Assembly (NCBI RefSeq): GCF_018350175.1
Contig: NC_058383.1
Location: 21,950,001-22,014,000, forward strand
DNA: 64,000 nt
DNA from: Felis catus
Taxonomy: Eukaryota
Direction of reading: 5' to 3'
Shown: positions 24,598 through 36,481 of the stretch, in pieces
Layout of the letters: every line of letters begins with the position of its first letter
Position numbering within the stretch: position 1 is the stretch's first letter
Position numbers and translations under genes: made by a program
The notes under the pieces: model-generated
Told to the model about the DNA's origin: nothing
The model's database searches: none
What the model saw: the letters and a program-made list of their open reading frames with translations, nothing else

Positions 24598-25136
24598 TAT
24601 AGGAAGAGAAAAAACTTTTCCTCTATTCTCTTGGGTTCGGTCCCTGGGTCCTGCAAATTAAACCGACAAAAGATCGGTTAACGGGAGGAGATGCTAATTA
24701 TTTAATTTTTTGCATGCACTCCAAGATCTCACAGGCAAGGAATAACTCAAAGTGGCTAGACCACAAAGGGTGATAAGTTTATGGAGAAGTGACACAACAA
24801 AAAGGAAAGAGGTTTGGGCTTCGGATGGCAGTAGACTGTAAGAAGGTAAATATACGGGGTAACTAATGGAAGGTTATTTCAGTAAGATTTGTTTATGCAG
24901 ATGCAAGTTGGTGCCATCTCCAGTGGTAAGAATCCTTTCCTTTTAGTGGCATGGGAGTGGGCATTTGGGGGATAACTTCACAATGAGAAATTTATGCCCT
25001 GCCTTTAGGCAGAAAGGGGGAGGGTAGAGAGATTTTCTTATATCTGCTGTTTCTTGATTGCCTTCAGCTCAAAATAATCCTTATGTGTGCTAGGGGGTGG
25101 GCCATATTTTGACTTGGCATATCCCGAGCCCCTCCA
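24598..25136 (-). mobile_element. ERV1 solo LTR (MER34-like)
   Basis: taggaagagaaaaaacttttcctcta...attgccttcagctcaaaataatccttatg...catattttgacttggcatatcccgagcccctcca. Confidence 0.7.
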
Positions 25137-25210
25137 GCAGCTGAGTGGGCTATAGAGTGTAACTTGCCTATCAAATTACAGAGAAGGACTTGAACTGGGT
25201 CTGTTTTAAA

Positions 25211-25426
25211 AAAATTTTTTTTTCAACGTTTATTTATTTTTGGGACAGAGTGAGACAGAGCATGAACGGGGGAGGGGCAGAGAGAGAGGGAGACACAGAA
25301 TCGGAAACAGGCTCCAGGCTCCGAGCCATCAGCCCAGAGCCCGACGCGGGGCTCGAACTCACGGACCGTGAGATTGTGACCTGGCTGAAGTCAGACGCTT
25401 AACCGACTGCGCCACCCAGGCACCTC
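25211..25426 (-). mobile_element. Young SINEC_Fc-type SINE
   Basis: Near-consensus body. TSD actgggtctgttttaaa at 25194-25210 and 25429-25445. Confidence 0.92.
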
Positions 25427-25789
25427 ATACTGGGTCTGTTTTAAAGAGAGGAAAGTGGGGTTGAGGCAGCAGGGGCAGACCTCCAAGTGCAAGGAGGTCA
25501 AGGTCATGTAGCTCAAAATTTCCGCTCTTCCAAGCCCGTTACCCCTCAGGACACTCAACAAAGGAAGGACTTGTAGAGACGAGCGGTAGCAGGAGAGGGC
25601 AAAGAACTAGGACGATGAAGACTTGCGAGTCAAGCCAGGAAGCTTCTATCAGGAAGGCTGGGAGTCAGCCCCAAAGGGTCAGCAACCAGAGATGAATCAA
25701 CCCCAGAAGTGGGGAATGAAACCCAGGATTTATTGTTTTATAACAAGGCAGTAGGGAGTGGGAGAAGAGGCAGGGAGAGAAGAGGATGG

Positions 25790-26130
25790 TAAGGGCTAAA
25801 GCTATGAAGAAGTTTATTGCAAGGAAACTGGCTGATATGAGTGTGGGGTTGGCTGGACAAATCTGAAATCTGGAGGGCAGGCTGTTAAGGAAGGGCAGGG
25901 GCTGATGCTGCTGTGCATGGGTGGAGTTTCCTCTTTAGGGAAGCCTCAGTTCTGCTCTTAAGACCCTTCAACTGATTGCACCAGGCCCACCCAGATTCTT
26001 GAGAATAAGCCCTTTCACTTAAAGTCAAATGATCATAGATGTTAATCACACCACACAATTTCTCCACAGCAACACCTGACTAGTGTTTGATGGAGTAACT
26101 GGGTTACTCACATAGAACTGCCTGTCACAG
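25790..26130 (-). mobile_element. ERVL LTR (MLT2-like)
   Basis: ggaagcctcagttctgctcttaagacccttcaactgattg...aggcccacccagatt...ttaaagtcaaatgat...cagcaacacctgactagtgtttga. Confidence 0.75.
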
Positions 26131-26839
26131 TGCTCAAAAAGCTCTTGCTGAATTATTAGGCAACAAGAAGCCAGTATTTATTGAGCAGTTAATAGATGTC
26201 AGGCACTGTTCTAAGAAGTTTGTATGTGTTAATTACTTCCCCTTCCCAACACACTTATAAAGTCAGTATTATTATTACTTGTGTCCAACATTAGTGCTGC
26301 TTATCAATCTGTATTTCCTCTTCTTTCTCTAGGGACATGGTAGGTTTTTACTTTGCTATTCCCTTCAAATTCAGTAGAGCCACGTGACTTGTTTTGATCT
26401 ATGAATCATGAGCAGGAATGACGTCTATCACTTCCAGGTCGGCACATTTAAGAGCGAGCTTGTCACCTCTTTTTCCTTCCATCTTGTCACTTTGACCAGC
26501 AATATCCAGACGGATATCCCCACCAGCTTGGGTGTCCTGGAGCGGGCGATGTGAGCAGAGCCCCCCGGCTGACCACATTGGACCCACGGCATGTGTTTTC
26601 AGCTACTGATATCTCGGGGCTGTCTGTTTCCACTGTGTAACCCAACCTATCCCCATTATCTGGTTTTGCGAAAGGGGAAACCGAGGCACATGGCGATTAA
26701 GTAACTCTTCCACAGTCACACAACTAGGAGCCGGGGTTCAAATGCCACCATCTATGCGTCCTTGCTGTCTGGAACCCCAGAATGACTCAGGCTGCCACTT
26801 TTTCTAAAACTTGATGCTTCAGTTTCAGTTTTCCTTTCG

Positions 26840-27075
26840 GGAGAGACTTTTACTTCCTCTTCTCCCATCCCAGACATTTGGCGACGTCTGGAGACATTTT
26901 TGGCTGTCACAACTTGGCGGGTGGGGGGAGGGGGCTTTGTGCTACTGGCATCTGGTGGGTAGAAGCCAGGGATGCTGCAAACATCTAATGCACACGACAG
27001 TCTCCCCGCCCCCCCCAGCCCCCCCCAAAGCTATCCAGCCCAAATGCCAACAGCACAGCTGGAGCAAAGCCCTGA
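26840..27075. mobile_element. MER20 (hAT-Charlie) MITE
   Basis: gacatttggcgacgtctggagacatttttggctgtcacaact...gctactggcatctggtgggtagaagccagggatgctgc. Confidence 0.85.
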
Positions 27076-27186
27076 CTTTCCTCTTGAAATTCCTCTGTTG
27101 CTTACGTTAGCCACAGTTGGCTTCTTTTGCTCGTAACCAGAGACGCGATTGGGTTGTCATGAGTGAGTTAATTAATTAATCGAAAA

Positions 27187-27432
27187 CAGTGGGGTGTCAG
27201 TGCTGGGACTAGTCTTATTTGACATTTGCCTAAGTGATCTGGAGGAGTAAGGGGTGTGGGCCCCACATTCCCTGTGACACTTAGCTGTGCCAGGTAGTGA
27301 AATGCCAAGCCACTGGTGAGAAGCTGCAGGAAGGTCTCACCAGGCTGTGTGAGTGGGCAAGGATGAGCTTCAGTGTGGGCAAGTACAAGGTGCCGCGTTT
27401 GGCAAAAAATAATCCAAGCTATACTTAGAGGT
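27187..27432 (+). mobile_element. Ancient CR1/L3 LINE reverse-transcriptase fragment
   Basis: Translates with a frameshift and stops as SVLGLVLFDICLSDLEE* ... LCQVVKCQATGEKLQEGLTRLCEWARMSFSVGKYKVPRLAKNNPSYT*. This resembles the CR1 ORF2 pattern SVLGPxLFNIFINDLE...LQxDLxRLxEWAxxWxMxFNVxKCKVxHLGxxNP. Confidence 0.8.
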
Positions 27433-27787
27433 TGGAAAAGGATGGAACGGGAGAGAGGAAAATAGATACAAATGAAAGGACTTCAGGAAGTGATTCCCAA
27501 GCCTGATTCTCAGCCTCATCTGAGCTCTAGACAACAACACGGATGCTTAGGCCCTCGTCCGGACGCGCTTGATCAGAGGTCTGGGCGGTACTACTCAGGC
27601 CTGTTTTTTCTTTTCTGCAGGAATACAGACCCAGTTTCCCCAGATTTTCTGATTTTCAAAAGAAGCTAAAGAGACTGGCTTTTATGTGTAAGTTCCGACG
27701 CCCCCCCACCCCCCTTTTGGTAACTTTTAATTTTGAAATAATGTCAAGCCTCTAGAAAAAAAATCCAAGAATGGTATAAAGAGCTTC

Positions 27788-28002
27788 CTTTTTCTTTTTT
27801 AAGTTTACTTATTTATTTTGAGAGGGAGAGAGACAGCACGAGCAGAGGAGGGGCAGAGAGAGGGGGAGACAGAGAGTCCCAAGCAGGCTCTGCACTGTCA
27901 GCGCAGAGCCCAGTGTGGGTCTCGAACTCACGAACCGTGAGATCATGACCTGAGCTGAAATCAAGTGTCTGATGCTCAACTGACTGAGCCACCCAGGCGC
28001 CC
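27788..28002 (-). mobile_element. Carnivore SINE
   Basis: TSD aaagagcttc on both sides. Confidence 0.9.
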
Positions 28003-28237
28003 CAAAGAGCTTCTATATCCTATACCTAGATTCGACAGTTGGTAACCTTTTGCCTCATTGGCTTTATAAGTTCCCAGTTTTTAGAAACATCCAATGGATC
28101 AAGCTACACAAGAATGTAAATGGACTTTCACCCTTAAACTACTAGTTGATGACTTCTGAAGGTCAGGCTCACTTCAAACCAATCAAATAAGAGTCTCTGT
28201 GGTGGGGCCTAGACATTTGTATTTTTAAAAAAAAAAA

Positions 28238-28447
28238 TTTTTTTTAACGTTTATTTATTTTTGGGACAGAGAGAGACAGAGCATGAACGGGGGAGGAGCA
28301 GAGAGAGAGGGAGACACAGAACCGGAAGCAGGCTCCGGGCTCTGAGCCATCAGCCCAGAGCCCGACGCAGGGCTCGAACTCACGGATCGCGAGATCGTGA
28401 CCTGAGCTGAAGTCGGACGCTTAACCGACTGAGCCACCCAGGCGCCC
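28238..28447 (-). mobile_element. Young felid SINE inside a MER5-like MITE
   Basis: CpG-rich near-consensus body. The host resumes ...aatatgcagctagggctgagaaccattg. Confidence 0.9.
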
Positions 28448-28977
28448 TGTACTTTTTTAAAAAATTTCCTCCAGACGATGCTAATATGCAGCTAGGGCTG
28501 AGAACCATTGGTCCTGGTCCCTCATGGTAATTCCATGTCCCTTATATGTGGTGGCTTTAGGCATAGACAGACATGTGATCCCATTCGTGTGACCCCATCT
28601 GGGCCAGAGAGGAGGGGGAAGTCTAATGGAATGATTCTAGGGAAGTTCTCTTCCCTCCTAAAGATACACAGAAATGAGTCAGCTCTCCTTCTGTGGGATG
28701 TGTACTTGGATACAATGGGATGTTGTACCTGGATGTGATGGATGCTGGCCTAAGGACGCAAGGCCTAAAGATGGCCTAAGGGTGGAAAGGTGACAAGACT
28801 TTGGGTCCTTGGATTTATATTTGAGCTGCTGAATTAACTAACCTGGGGGCCCCTTTCCCCGGGGATTGCTTTTTACAAGGGATGCATGTTCCTTACTCCA
28901 CTTGTGTGGTAGAGGTGACTAGCCACCTACCAAAGATGCATGCATACCTTATATTATGTCGAGTTATTACCGGGAAG

Positions 28978-29504
28978 TGTGGAGGCCAAGGGCAGCCTAC
29001 CCCAAGTTGGGTCACTTTGGAATGAAGACTATTCTGAATTAAAAAGCGATCAGCAACCGGAAGGTTTAGGAAAAGTTCTTTACCTCCCCCACAACTGCCT
29101 AAAAAGAATTTAGATAGAGAAACTGCTCCAGGAAGAGAGCTATGCCCATAGATAACCCAACAGTATGATAGAAACTAAGGTATGGTAGACAGGGACGCAC
29201 CCAGCAAGGCCTGTTTAGTCAATGTTCTCTATGTCCTGCTGACCCACAAACATTTGTTTCATTCCCTTGTGAATCACATTCCTTCCTTTTGAAGTCCCAG
29301 ACCCCACCTCTTTCTCCTTAGGTCAGAATGACATGTATACATTCACTTTGCCTGATCGTCTTTGCATTTTCTGTGTCTGTGTGGATTCCACGTCCGTACG
29401 CTGTTAAATTTGATTTTCTCCTAATCATCCGTCTCACATGCAGTTTGATTTCTCAGTCTGGCCAGGAGGACCTCGAGGGGGACAGGACACTCCTGCACCC
29501 GACA
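28978..29504 (+). mobile_element. ERV1 solo LTR (MER34-like) nested in an MLT1 LTR (about 28903-29900)
   Basis: tgtggagg...ccccaagttgggtcactttggaatgaagactatt...ttaaatttgattttctcc...cccgaca (TG...CA). The flanks are MLT1-like (gggaccatgtgactcgttct...ggaatgtga). Confidence 0.7.
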
Positions 29505-30689
29505 GGAGAAACTCTCCAAACATGGATGCCATTTTCAGCACCTCCCCTGGAATCTAGATGGGACCATGTGACTCGTTCTCACTAGTGGAATGTGACACGA
29601 GTGGGTTACTTCGGGTCCAGGTGATTGAGTGTAGGTGTACAATCCTTCACCTCCTCACCCCACCTGTAAGCCCCCTTCGCTCCGTCTACCCACGTGGATA
29701 ACATCAGGACAACCCTGGAGCCCCAAGATGGCACAGCTATGAGACAGAAACAATTTGGTTTCCTCGGTTACAGCCTGGAGCAGAGCCATCCAGGGGCGCG
29801 GCTCAGCTAGGAAATCTACACTGGGCTTTGTGTGAGCAGGAAATCAAGGTTTGTTGGGTTAAGCTCCCAAGATTTTGGGGTTTCTTTGCTATGACAGACA
29901 GGCTCGACGATCTAAGGAAGACAAGCTATTTGAGTTAGAATTGGGTGTTCCTTGTAGACCAAAGATTATTATTATTTTCTAAGTAAGCTCTACACCCAAC
30001 ATGGGCTTGAACTCACAACCCCAAGATCAAGGGTCTCGTGTTCCACCAACAGAGCCAGCCAGGCACTCCTCCAAGATTCTTATTTAAATGATCAGAGAAG
30101 GACCTATAAAGTCCAGATAACCATCTCAAAACTAGTTTTTGTTTGTCTGGTTTTGCTTTTATTTGCAAAGAGGCAATCAGGATTCTGCAAATTAAATCAC
30201 TGTCCAGGAGTTACTTGCTTTCTGCCTGGTGACTTGGCTGTGCCATTGCCTTTGTGGTGGCTTTGATTTTAGACTGATGATTTGCTAGCCCTCAAGACAC
30301 GCCACCTGGTTTCTGGTCCCTGGTTCTTTCTCTGTCTTGGCTCTTTCTGAACGGAACTGGCTCTAAGGTTCTGATTTCCCTTGTATAAACATCATGACTA
30401 AATGCCCTCCTGGTCCTGCTGCCCTGCTGTCCCTAAGGGGAACTCTCAGCCAACCCCATATGGCTGGGTATTCCCCAGTTCTGGAAGCTTCCAAAGGCAC
30501 AGGTCCTGGTCAGTGCTCCTTTGGTAACTAGGAGCAGAGATGCGCTCAGGCTTGCTCAAAGGAAAAGGGAGATTGTTGAAGGGATGCAGAAAGTCTCCCA
30601 GAGGAAATGGGATGGGAAGCTACCAGAAACCAAGGAAGCCACACTCTGCTTATGATGCTATGGCTTTCCTTTAAACAGTTCTTAATGCA

Positions 30690-31215
30690 TTCACAATCCC
30701 TGCGTCCTTCCTTCAGACAGTGCACTGAGGACGCTTGGCACGGAGGACAACAGTGGAGGACGAGACAGTTGGGTACGCTCCTCTCATGGATCTAACATTC
30801 TAGTAAGCAAACAAATACACACGCACGAAATATTACAGACTTTTGAACTATCAAGGGAATAAGTATGGACTATACCAAAGAAAAGCAGTGGCTCTCCTGC
30901 CGAGAATTGAAGGAAGTCCTCGCTGAAGAGATGATTTGTCAGCCTGGACCTGAAGGATGAGAAAGGGCCAGTCATATAAAGAGATAGGAGAGCTTTCAAG
31001 CAATGGGAACAGCAGGTGCAAAGGCCCTGAGGTGGAAATGTGTTTGGCTGGGTCAAGGAAGTGAAAAGAGAAGACACATGACGAGAGGGTAGGCAGCCAG
31101 GTGAAAAGTGACAGAATAAGGTTGGACCGGTTAGCAGGGTCTCCATAACGCAAGACCTTGGAGCTCATGGCAAAAGTTTGGATTTTATGTACATACAGTG
31201 AGAAACCTTTGCAGG
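30690..31215. mobile_element. L2 LINE remnant
   Basis: gggaacagcaggtgcaaaggccctgaggtggaaatgtgtttggctgggtcaagga. Confidence 0.7.
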
Positions 31216-31377
31216 GTTGTCCTCTCTTTGCCATGTATGTGGCCCATTGTTGCTGCCCTGGTCCCAAGGCTTCCTTATATCTTTTCTGTCCAGTACCCTT
31301 TAGCCAGCTAGCAATTGCTTTCTGTGTCTCTTCGTTAGAATTCCTGGCAGAGATCATCTGACTGGCTTAGTTTACCT

Positions 31378-31602
31378 TTTTTTCTTTTTAAGTTTATTTA
31401 TTTATTTTGAGAGAAAGACGAGAGAGACAGAGCACACTAGTGGGGGAGGGGCAGAGAGAGAGGGAGCGAGAGAATCCCAAGCAGGCTCCACACCACCAGT
31501 GCAGAGAGCCCTGTGTGGGGCTCGAACCCACGAGCCCTGGGATCACGACCCGAGTCGAAGTCAAGAGCTGGATGCCTAACTGAGTGAGCCACCCGGGTGC
31601 CC
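31378..31602 (-). mobile_element. Carnivore SINE
   Basis: TSD gcttagtttacctttt. Confidence 0.9.
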
Positions 31603-32477
31603 CGCTTAGTTTACCTTTTTAAGTCAAGTCACAAATCCCAGGCTGCTGGCCACCCGACAAACAGATTGGCTGGCTGCAGATCTGGTATGATCTGTGATCC
31701 AGCCAGCTGTGCTCTGGGGCAAGGTCATGTCTAACTGATGATAATGTCCACATACTGGAGACTTGGGCAAAGCCAGCAATGATAGAAGCTCTTAGAGAAG
31801 TATTTCTGAAGATAAAATTTACGAAACTAGGATGTCACTGGGCACCTAACTTATTAAACTTCCAAAAAATATGTATCACATTGTATCTGAACAGCACATG
31901 CTCCTCCCCCCCCCCCCCCAAAAGGAACTCCAACTCTTCCTTTAGGTCTGACTGTAAATATCACATCCTCTTCCTTGACTGTCCATCAAATTAGCACCCG
32001 CTCCCCCCACCCCATATATTCCTTGGTATTCTTTGCACTATAGTTTCCCTTTATGACACAGATCACAGTTTTCCATGATGTTGATTTGTGCACTCACTTG
32101 TCTGGTGCACGTTTCCCCCTCTGGATGGAGCATTCCACCAGGGCAGGGCTTGTACCTGTGAGGATTATGGCTGTTTTGGTACACAGTAGGTCCTCGATAG
32201 TAAGTGCTAGGTGAATGGGTGAATGAATGAATGAATGAATGCACGGGAGTGAGAGATCGTGTGGCCTGAGGAGTCACCAAAGATTTCGTGGAAGCAATGA
32301 GGCTTGATCTTGATCTTGAAGACTGGACAGAATTTGGAGAAGACAAGGACAGACAGTTCAGGAAGGAATAATACTCATCAGCAAAGCCCGTGCACAGGCA
32401 GTAAGTGCGGTACGGCCAGGGCCGACTGTGGGCACTGATTAGAGCAGAGGCCTGTGTTGATAAGATCTGGAAAATCA

Positions 32478-32690
32478 GGGGCGCCTGGGTGGCTCAGTTG
32501 GTTCAGCACCCAACTTTGGCTCAGGTCATTATTTCGCAGTCCATGTGTTCGAGCCCCACGTCGGGCTCTGTGCTGATGGCTCAGAGCCTGGAGCCTGCTT
32601 TGGATTCTGTGTCTCCCTCTCTCTCTGTCCCTCACCTGCTCGTGCTCTGTCTCTCTCTCTCTCAAAAATAAATAAACGTTAAGAAAATTT
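32478..32690 (+). mobile_element. Felid SINE
   Basis: TSD ataagatctggaaaatca on both sides. Confidence 0.92.
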
Positions 32691-33984
32691 TATAAGATCT
32701 GGAAAATCAAATTGTCTGTGTGGGAAAGGGCCTAAATAGGAAAGATAGAAATCTGAGAACTGGATTAAAACAATAGCTAACATGTGCACGGTGATTGTGT
32801 TTCAAGCACTTTTCTAAGTGTTTTATGAGTGTAAGCTCATCCAATCTTCACAGCATACCTGAGGAGTAAGTACTGTGTTTGTGGCCATTTTACAGACGGA
32901 GAGGCTGAGGCACAAGGCAATTACCCCGCCGAAGTTCTCACGGCTGATGAATGCAGAGTTGGGATTCAAACAGGGGCAGACGCAGCTGCAGCGTGTGTGG
33001 GTTTGAAGGTTATGCTAAGCCACCTCTCTGCTCTGGGGAGGTAGAGACAGAATTTGGCCAGAGATCAGCTCTGGGGGCCACAGAGCGTGACAGAGACACC
33101 CAGGGGTTCTGGTCTTGAGATTGGCCGGAGGATGCTGCGGGTCCAGAAATGAGTGGGCTGGGAAACAGAGCCGCATCCGGGGGAGAAGATGAGGGACTCA
33201 GTAAGGAGCAAGAGGTTTGAGAATCGTGGTCGGCAAGGCTTAGGCGGTGACTCTTTCCTACGCTTTGGAATCAGGCAGACACGGCTTTGAGCACCTGCTT
33301 TGGTGCAAGTTTCAACATCAACAATTCAACAAGAGTACCTATCTCAAAAGTGAGGATTAAAAGAGGCAAAAGAAGTGAAGTTCACAGCACACAGAGTGGG
33401 GGCCAGGGACCACGAATACTCCTCACGGGGTTGGCCGGGCTGGAAACTGCAAACTGCGAGTGGTAATATTAATCTTCATTTGATGTCAGCCACCTAGGTC
33501 TCTGAGGCCGCACGCGCCAAAGCCTTGCAGGGAGCAGACCTTAGATGGAACAGGATGCGGGAAAGGTGGGCAGGGGGTCCTTCCAGGGGTCAGGGGCCTA
33601 CGTCTCTCTTCCTGCTCTCTGGCCTTTGTACCTGTAGTTTGTACTTGGCCTCCAGAGCAGATGTCTGGCTAGTGAAGCCCCTGGGACCTTTCTCTCCGTC
33701 CCCATCTCCCCAGATGCCCTGTTTTTGATAAAGTCCTAGTTCCCAGGGCTCCGGGCTGCGGCTTGTTCTACTTCACAGGATTCGTCACCTGTTCACTCCA
33801 TCCCTCAGATCCTTCCCTCTCCAAGGGTGCCTGAAGCCTCGAAGCCCAAAGCCAGGGATGAGACAATGGGACCTGAGTCACCTCTGCAGTGTTAGAGGAC
33901 ACCGGTCCCGTAGTTGAGACAGTTACCCTCCCCAGTGCGCCTTGCATCTTTCTGATTAAACCGAGGGAAGTGTCTTCCCTGGTG

Positions 33985-34320
33985 AGAGAACATCTCTAAC
34001 ATCTTTCTAACACTTTGGCTACATCCTTCTTACAAAGATCAGGCAGCAGCCGTCAGCTTAGAACGGGCAGCAGCTAGAGGACGGCCTGATCGCTTTGTTT
34101 TGATTGTGTCTATTTTCCCAGTTGCCATTTCCTTACGGCGAACAATTCCAGTTTTCCTTTCAAAGCAGTGACATCAAGTTCAACTATCAAATCTATTTAT
34201 TGAAGTAAAACGAGTCGATGTAAAGAAAAACGGTTGACAGGTAATTGTCGATGTAGTATGTGCCTATGAAAAACTTGACGAGGGTAGTGCTCGGATGGCC
34301 GGTCTGGAAAATCCTGGTAG
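33985..34320. mobile_element. hAT-Charlie (MER103-like) remnant
   Basis: tatttattgaagtaaaacgagtcgatgtaaagaaaaac...ggaaaatcctg resembles the recalled consensus end. Confidence 0.45.
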
Positions 34321-34539
34321 ACCAGGAAGTCACTCACATTAGGGACTATCGATAGACTGACTATCAATGTCGGTTCCGCTCGTTAGCATCTTACACACGT
34401 TCCCTCTTCAAGCCTCTGTTCCCTCACTTGCCAAACTGAGGATAGAAATTCCTACTGCACACGGGGTTGTTTTAAGGATTCAGTGAGATAATTTGAGGTA
34501 TGTGAGTGTAATTTGCACGAGATGACTCTTAAAAAAACT

Positions 34540-34744
34540 TTTTTTAAATGTTTATTTATTTTTGAGAGAGACGAAGACAGACAAAGTGTGAGCAGGGGAG
34601 GAGCACAGAGAGGGAGACACAGAATCCTAAGCAAGCTCTGAGCTGTCAGCATAGAGCCCGACGCGGGGCTTGAACCCACGAACCGTGAGATCATGACCTG
34701 AGCCGAAGTCAGACGCTCAACCGATGGAGCCAACCAGGCGCCCC
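34540..34744 (-). mobile_element. Felid SINE within a MIR
   Basis: TSD-like tgcacgagatgactcttaa / tgcgtgtgacgactcttaa. Confidence 0.88.
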
Positions 34745-35264
34745 TGCGTGTGACGACTCTTAAGGGTTAAATGAAATGAGTTGTTGGGAGTCTGCGTTCT
34801 ACAAATTCACCGCGTGGGTGTGGGCCAGCGCCTCCCTCCCCAGGCCTTCTGTCCCATGGTAAAGTCTGGGCAAGTCATGTAGCCTCTCTTGCCTCAGTTT
34901 CCTCCTTGGGAAAAATGGGGCTATTACTGGCAGGATTAAATAACGAAGTACGTGTCTGCTGCTAGATCACAGCCTGGCATGTGACAGCGTTAGGTAAGCG
35001 TGAGCTCTTGGGACCATCGCTGTGCCCTCTGCGGTGATCGCAGCCCTAGGTGGGAAGGCTCTCTGGAAGTGTGAGCATCTGGCGTGGGCCAAAAGCCCTC
35101 TAGGAAGCCAGTGTTGGCAGAGGTGACTTTGACCTCTCTTGCCTTTTGGTACGGAATATTCAAAATATTCAAATGTCCTTCCCCCGTGCCCTCAGGCCCC
35201 CTCCCCCCCCCCCCCCCCGTATAGAACATCTATTTGGCTTCTGTCTTCCTGCAATGATGCTTTT

Positions 35265-35990
35265 GCTGTATCCCCCTCAACCCCCAAATTCACATGTTGA
35301 AGTCCTAGCTCTCCTTGTGATGGTATTTGCAGATGGGGCTATGGGGAGGTAATTAGGGCTCCATGGGGGGCGGGCTGTGCTGGGAATAGTGGCTACCCAA
35401 GAAGAAGAAGGACAGAGAGAGAGACAGAGACAGAGAGACAGAGCGAGAGAACTGCCACCTCCGAGCTGTGAAGACACAGTGAGAAGGGGCCATTTGCAAG
35501 CCAGAAGGAAAGCCTCTTAGGCAACAGACTTGACAAGACAAAGGGCCCACAGGGACACCTGGCTGGATACAAAGAGGCTCTTTAAGCCACAGGCCCTATG
35601 CAGCTGACCAATGGGCTACTTGCAACCCACCTAAGATAACCAAAAAAAAGGGAAAGTTCTATCCGTCCCCCCCACCAACCCCACCCTCCCTGACTCTGCC
35701 CTGTGACTCTGGCCCGTCACCACCTCCTGGGGCAGGACGGCCTCTCCTGTGCTGTCCTGCCCGCTGCCCCCATTGCGGTGTATTCAATAAACGCTTCTCT
35801 CTTCTGTTCTGCTTTGGGCGAATCCTCGCCCGGCCCTCGCCACCGGCCTCCACCCAATCGGGACACCCCACACTCACCAAGAACCAAATCTGCGGGCACC
35901 CTGATCTTGGACTTCCCAGCCCAGAAGGATGAGCAGCAAATGTCTGTTGTTTAAGCCTAACTCCTAAACTATGGAGTTTTGTAAGAGCAG
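35265..35990 (+). mobile_element. MLT1A-like MaLR LTR interrupted by a second solo LTR (about 35518-35872)
   Basis: Host: ccccaaattcacatgttgaagtccta...gcaagccagaaggaaagcctc | ctcaccaagaaccaaatctgcgggcaccctgatcttggacttcccagcc. The insert has CCAAT, AATAAA (35786-35791) and ends in ccccaca. Confidence 0.75.
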
Positions 35991-36399
35991 TGCACGTTGA
36001 CTCAAATAATGCTCACTCTGCTTAGAATGCATCCAAAAATTAAAAACCTATGTATTGATTATTTACGCATGACATTTTGTTTGAGCCTCACAACTCTGTG
36101 GAGAACACTCTACCATGTTCCATTGTACAGATGAGGAGACTGGGGCTTCAAGGTCAGGTGCACTCGCCCCGGGCCTAGAGCTCCTGGGTACCAGAGCCAG
36201 CTTGCTTGCCCCCAGCTAGCCTCCAGGGATTCAGCGGAGGGACTCGCCGACTCTGACACTGGTCGGGGGAGCACCTTGCTGGCCTCAAGGGGTGACAGGG
36301 TGGTGGGGAGCCTTCCTGGTGGTTAGCGTGTGACGAGCAGAATTCAGCTTCTCACACAGAGGCGAGCCAGTCCCACGGCAGGCAGGGAGTTTGTGCAAG

Positions 36400-36481
36400 A
36401 AGTAGCCGGAAGAAACAGAACACGCCCAGCTTGGTTGGTTACAACAAGGCAAAACCTTTAATAACATGAGTGCTTATTACA
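36400..36481 (-). terminator. Probable CACNG3 polyadenylation signal
   Basis: On the minus strand: UGUA (36478-36481), ATTAAA (36457-36462), then a GU/U-rich downstream element (gtgttctgtttcttcc, about 36407-36423). Confidence 0.7.
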
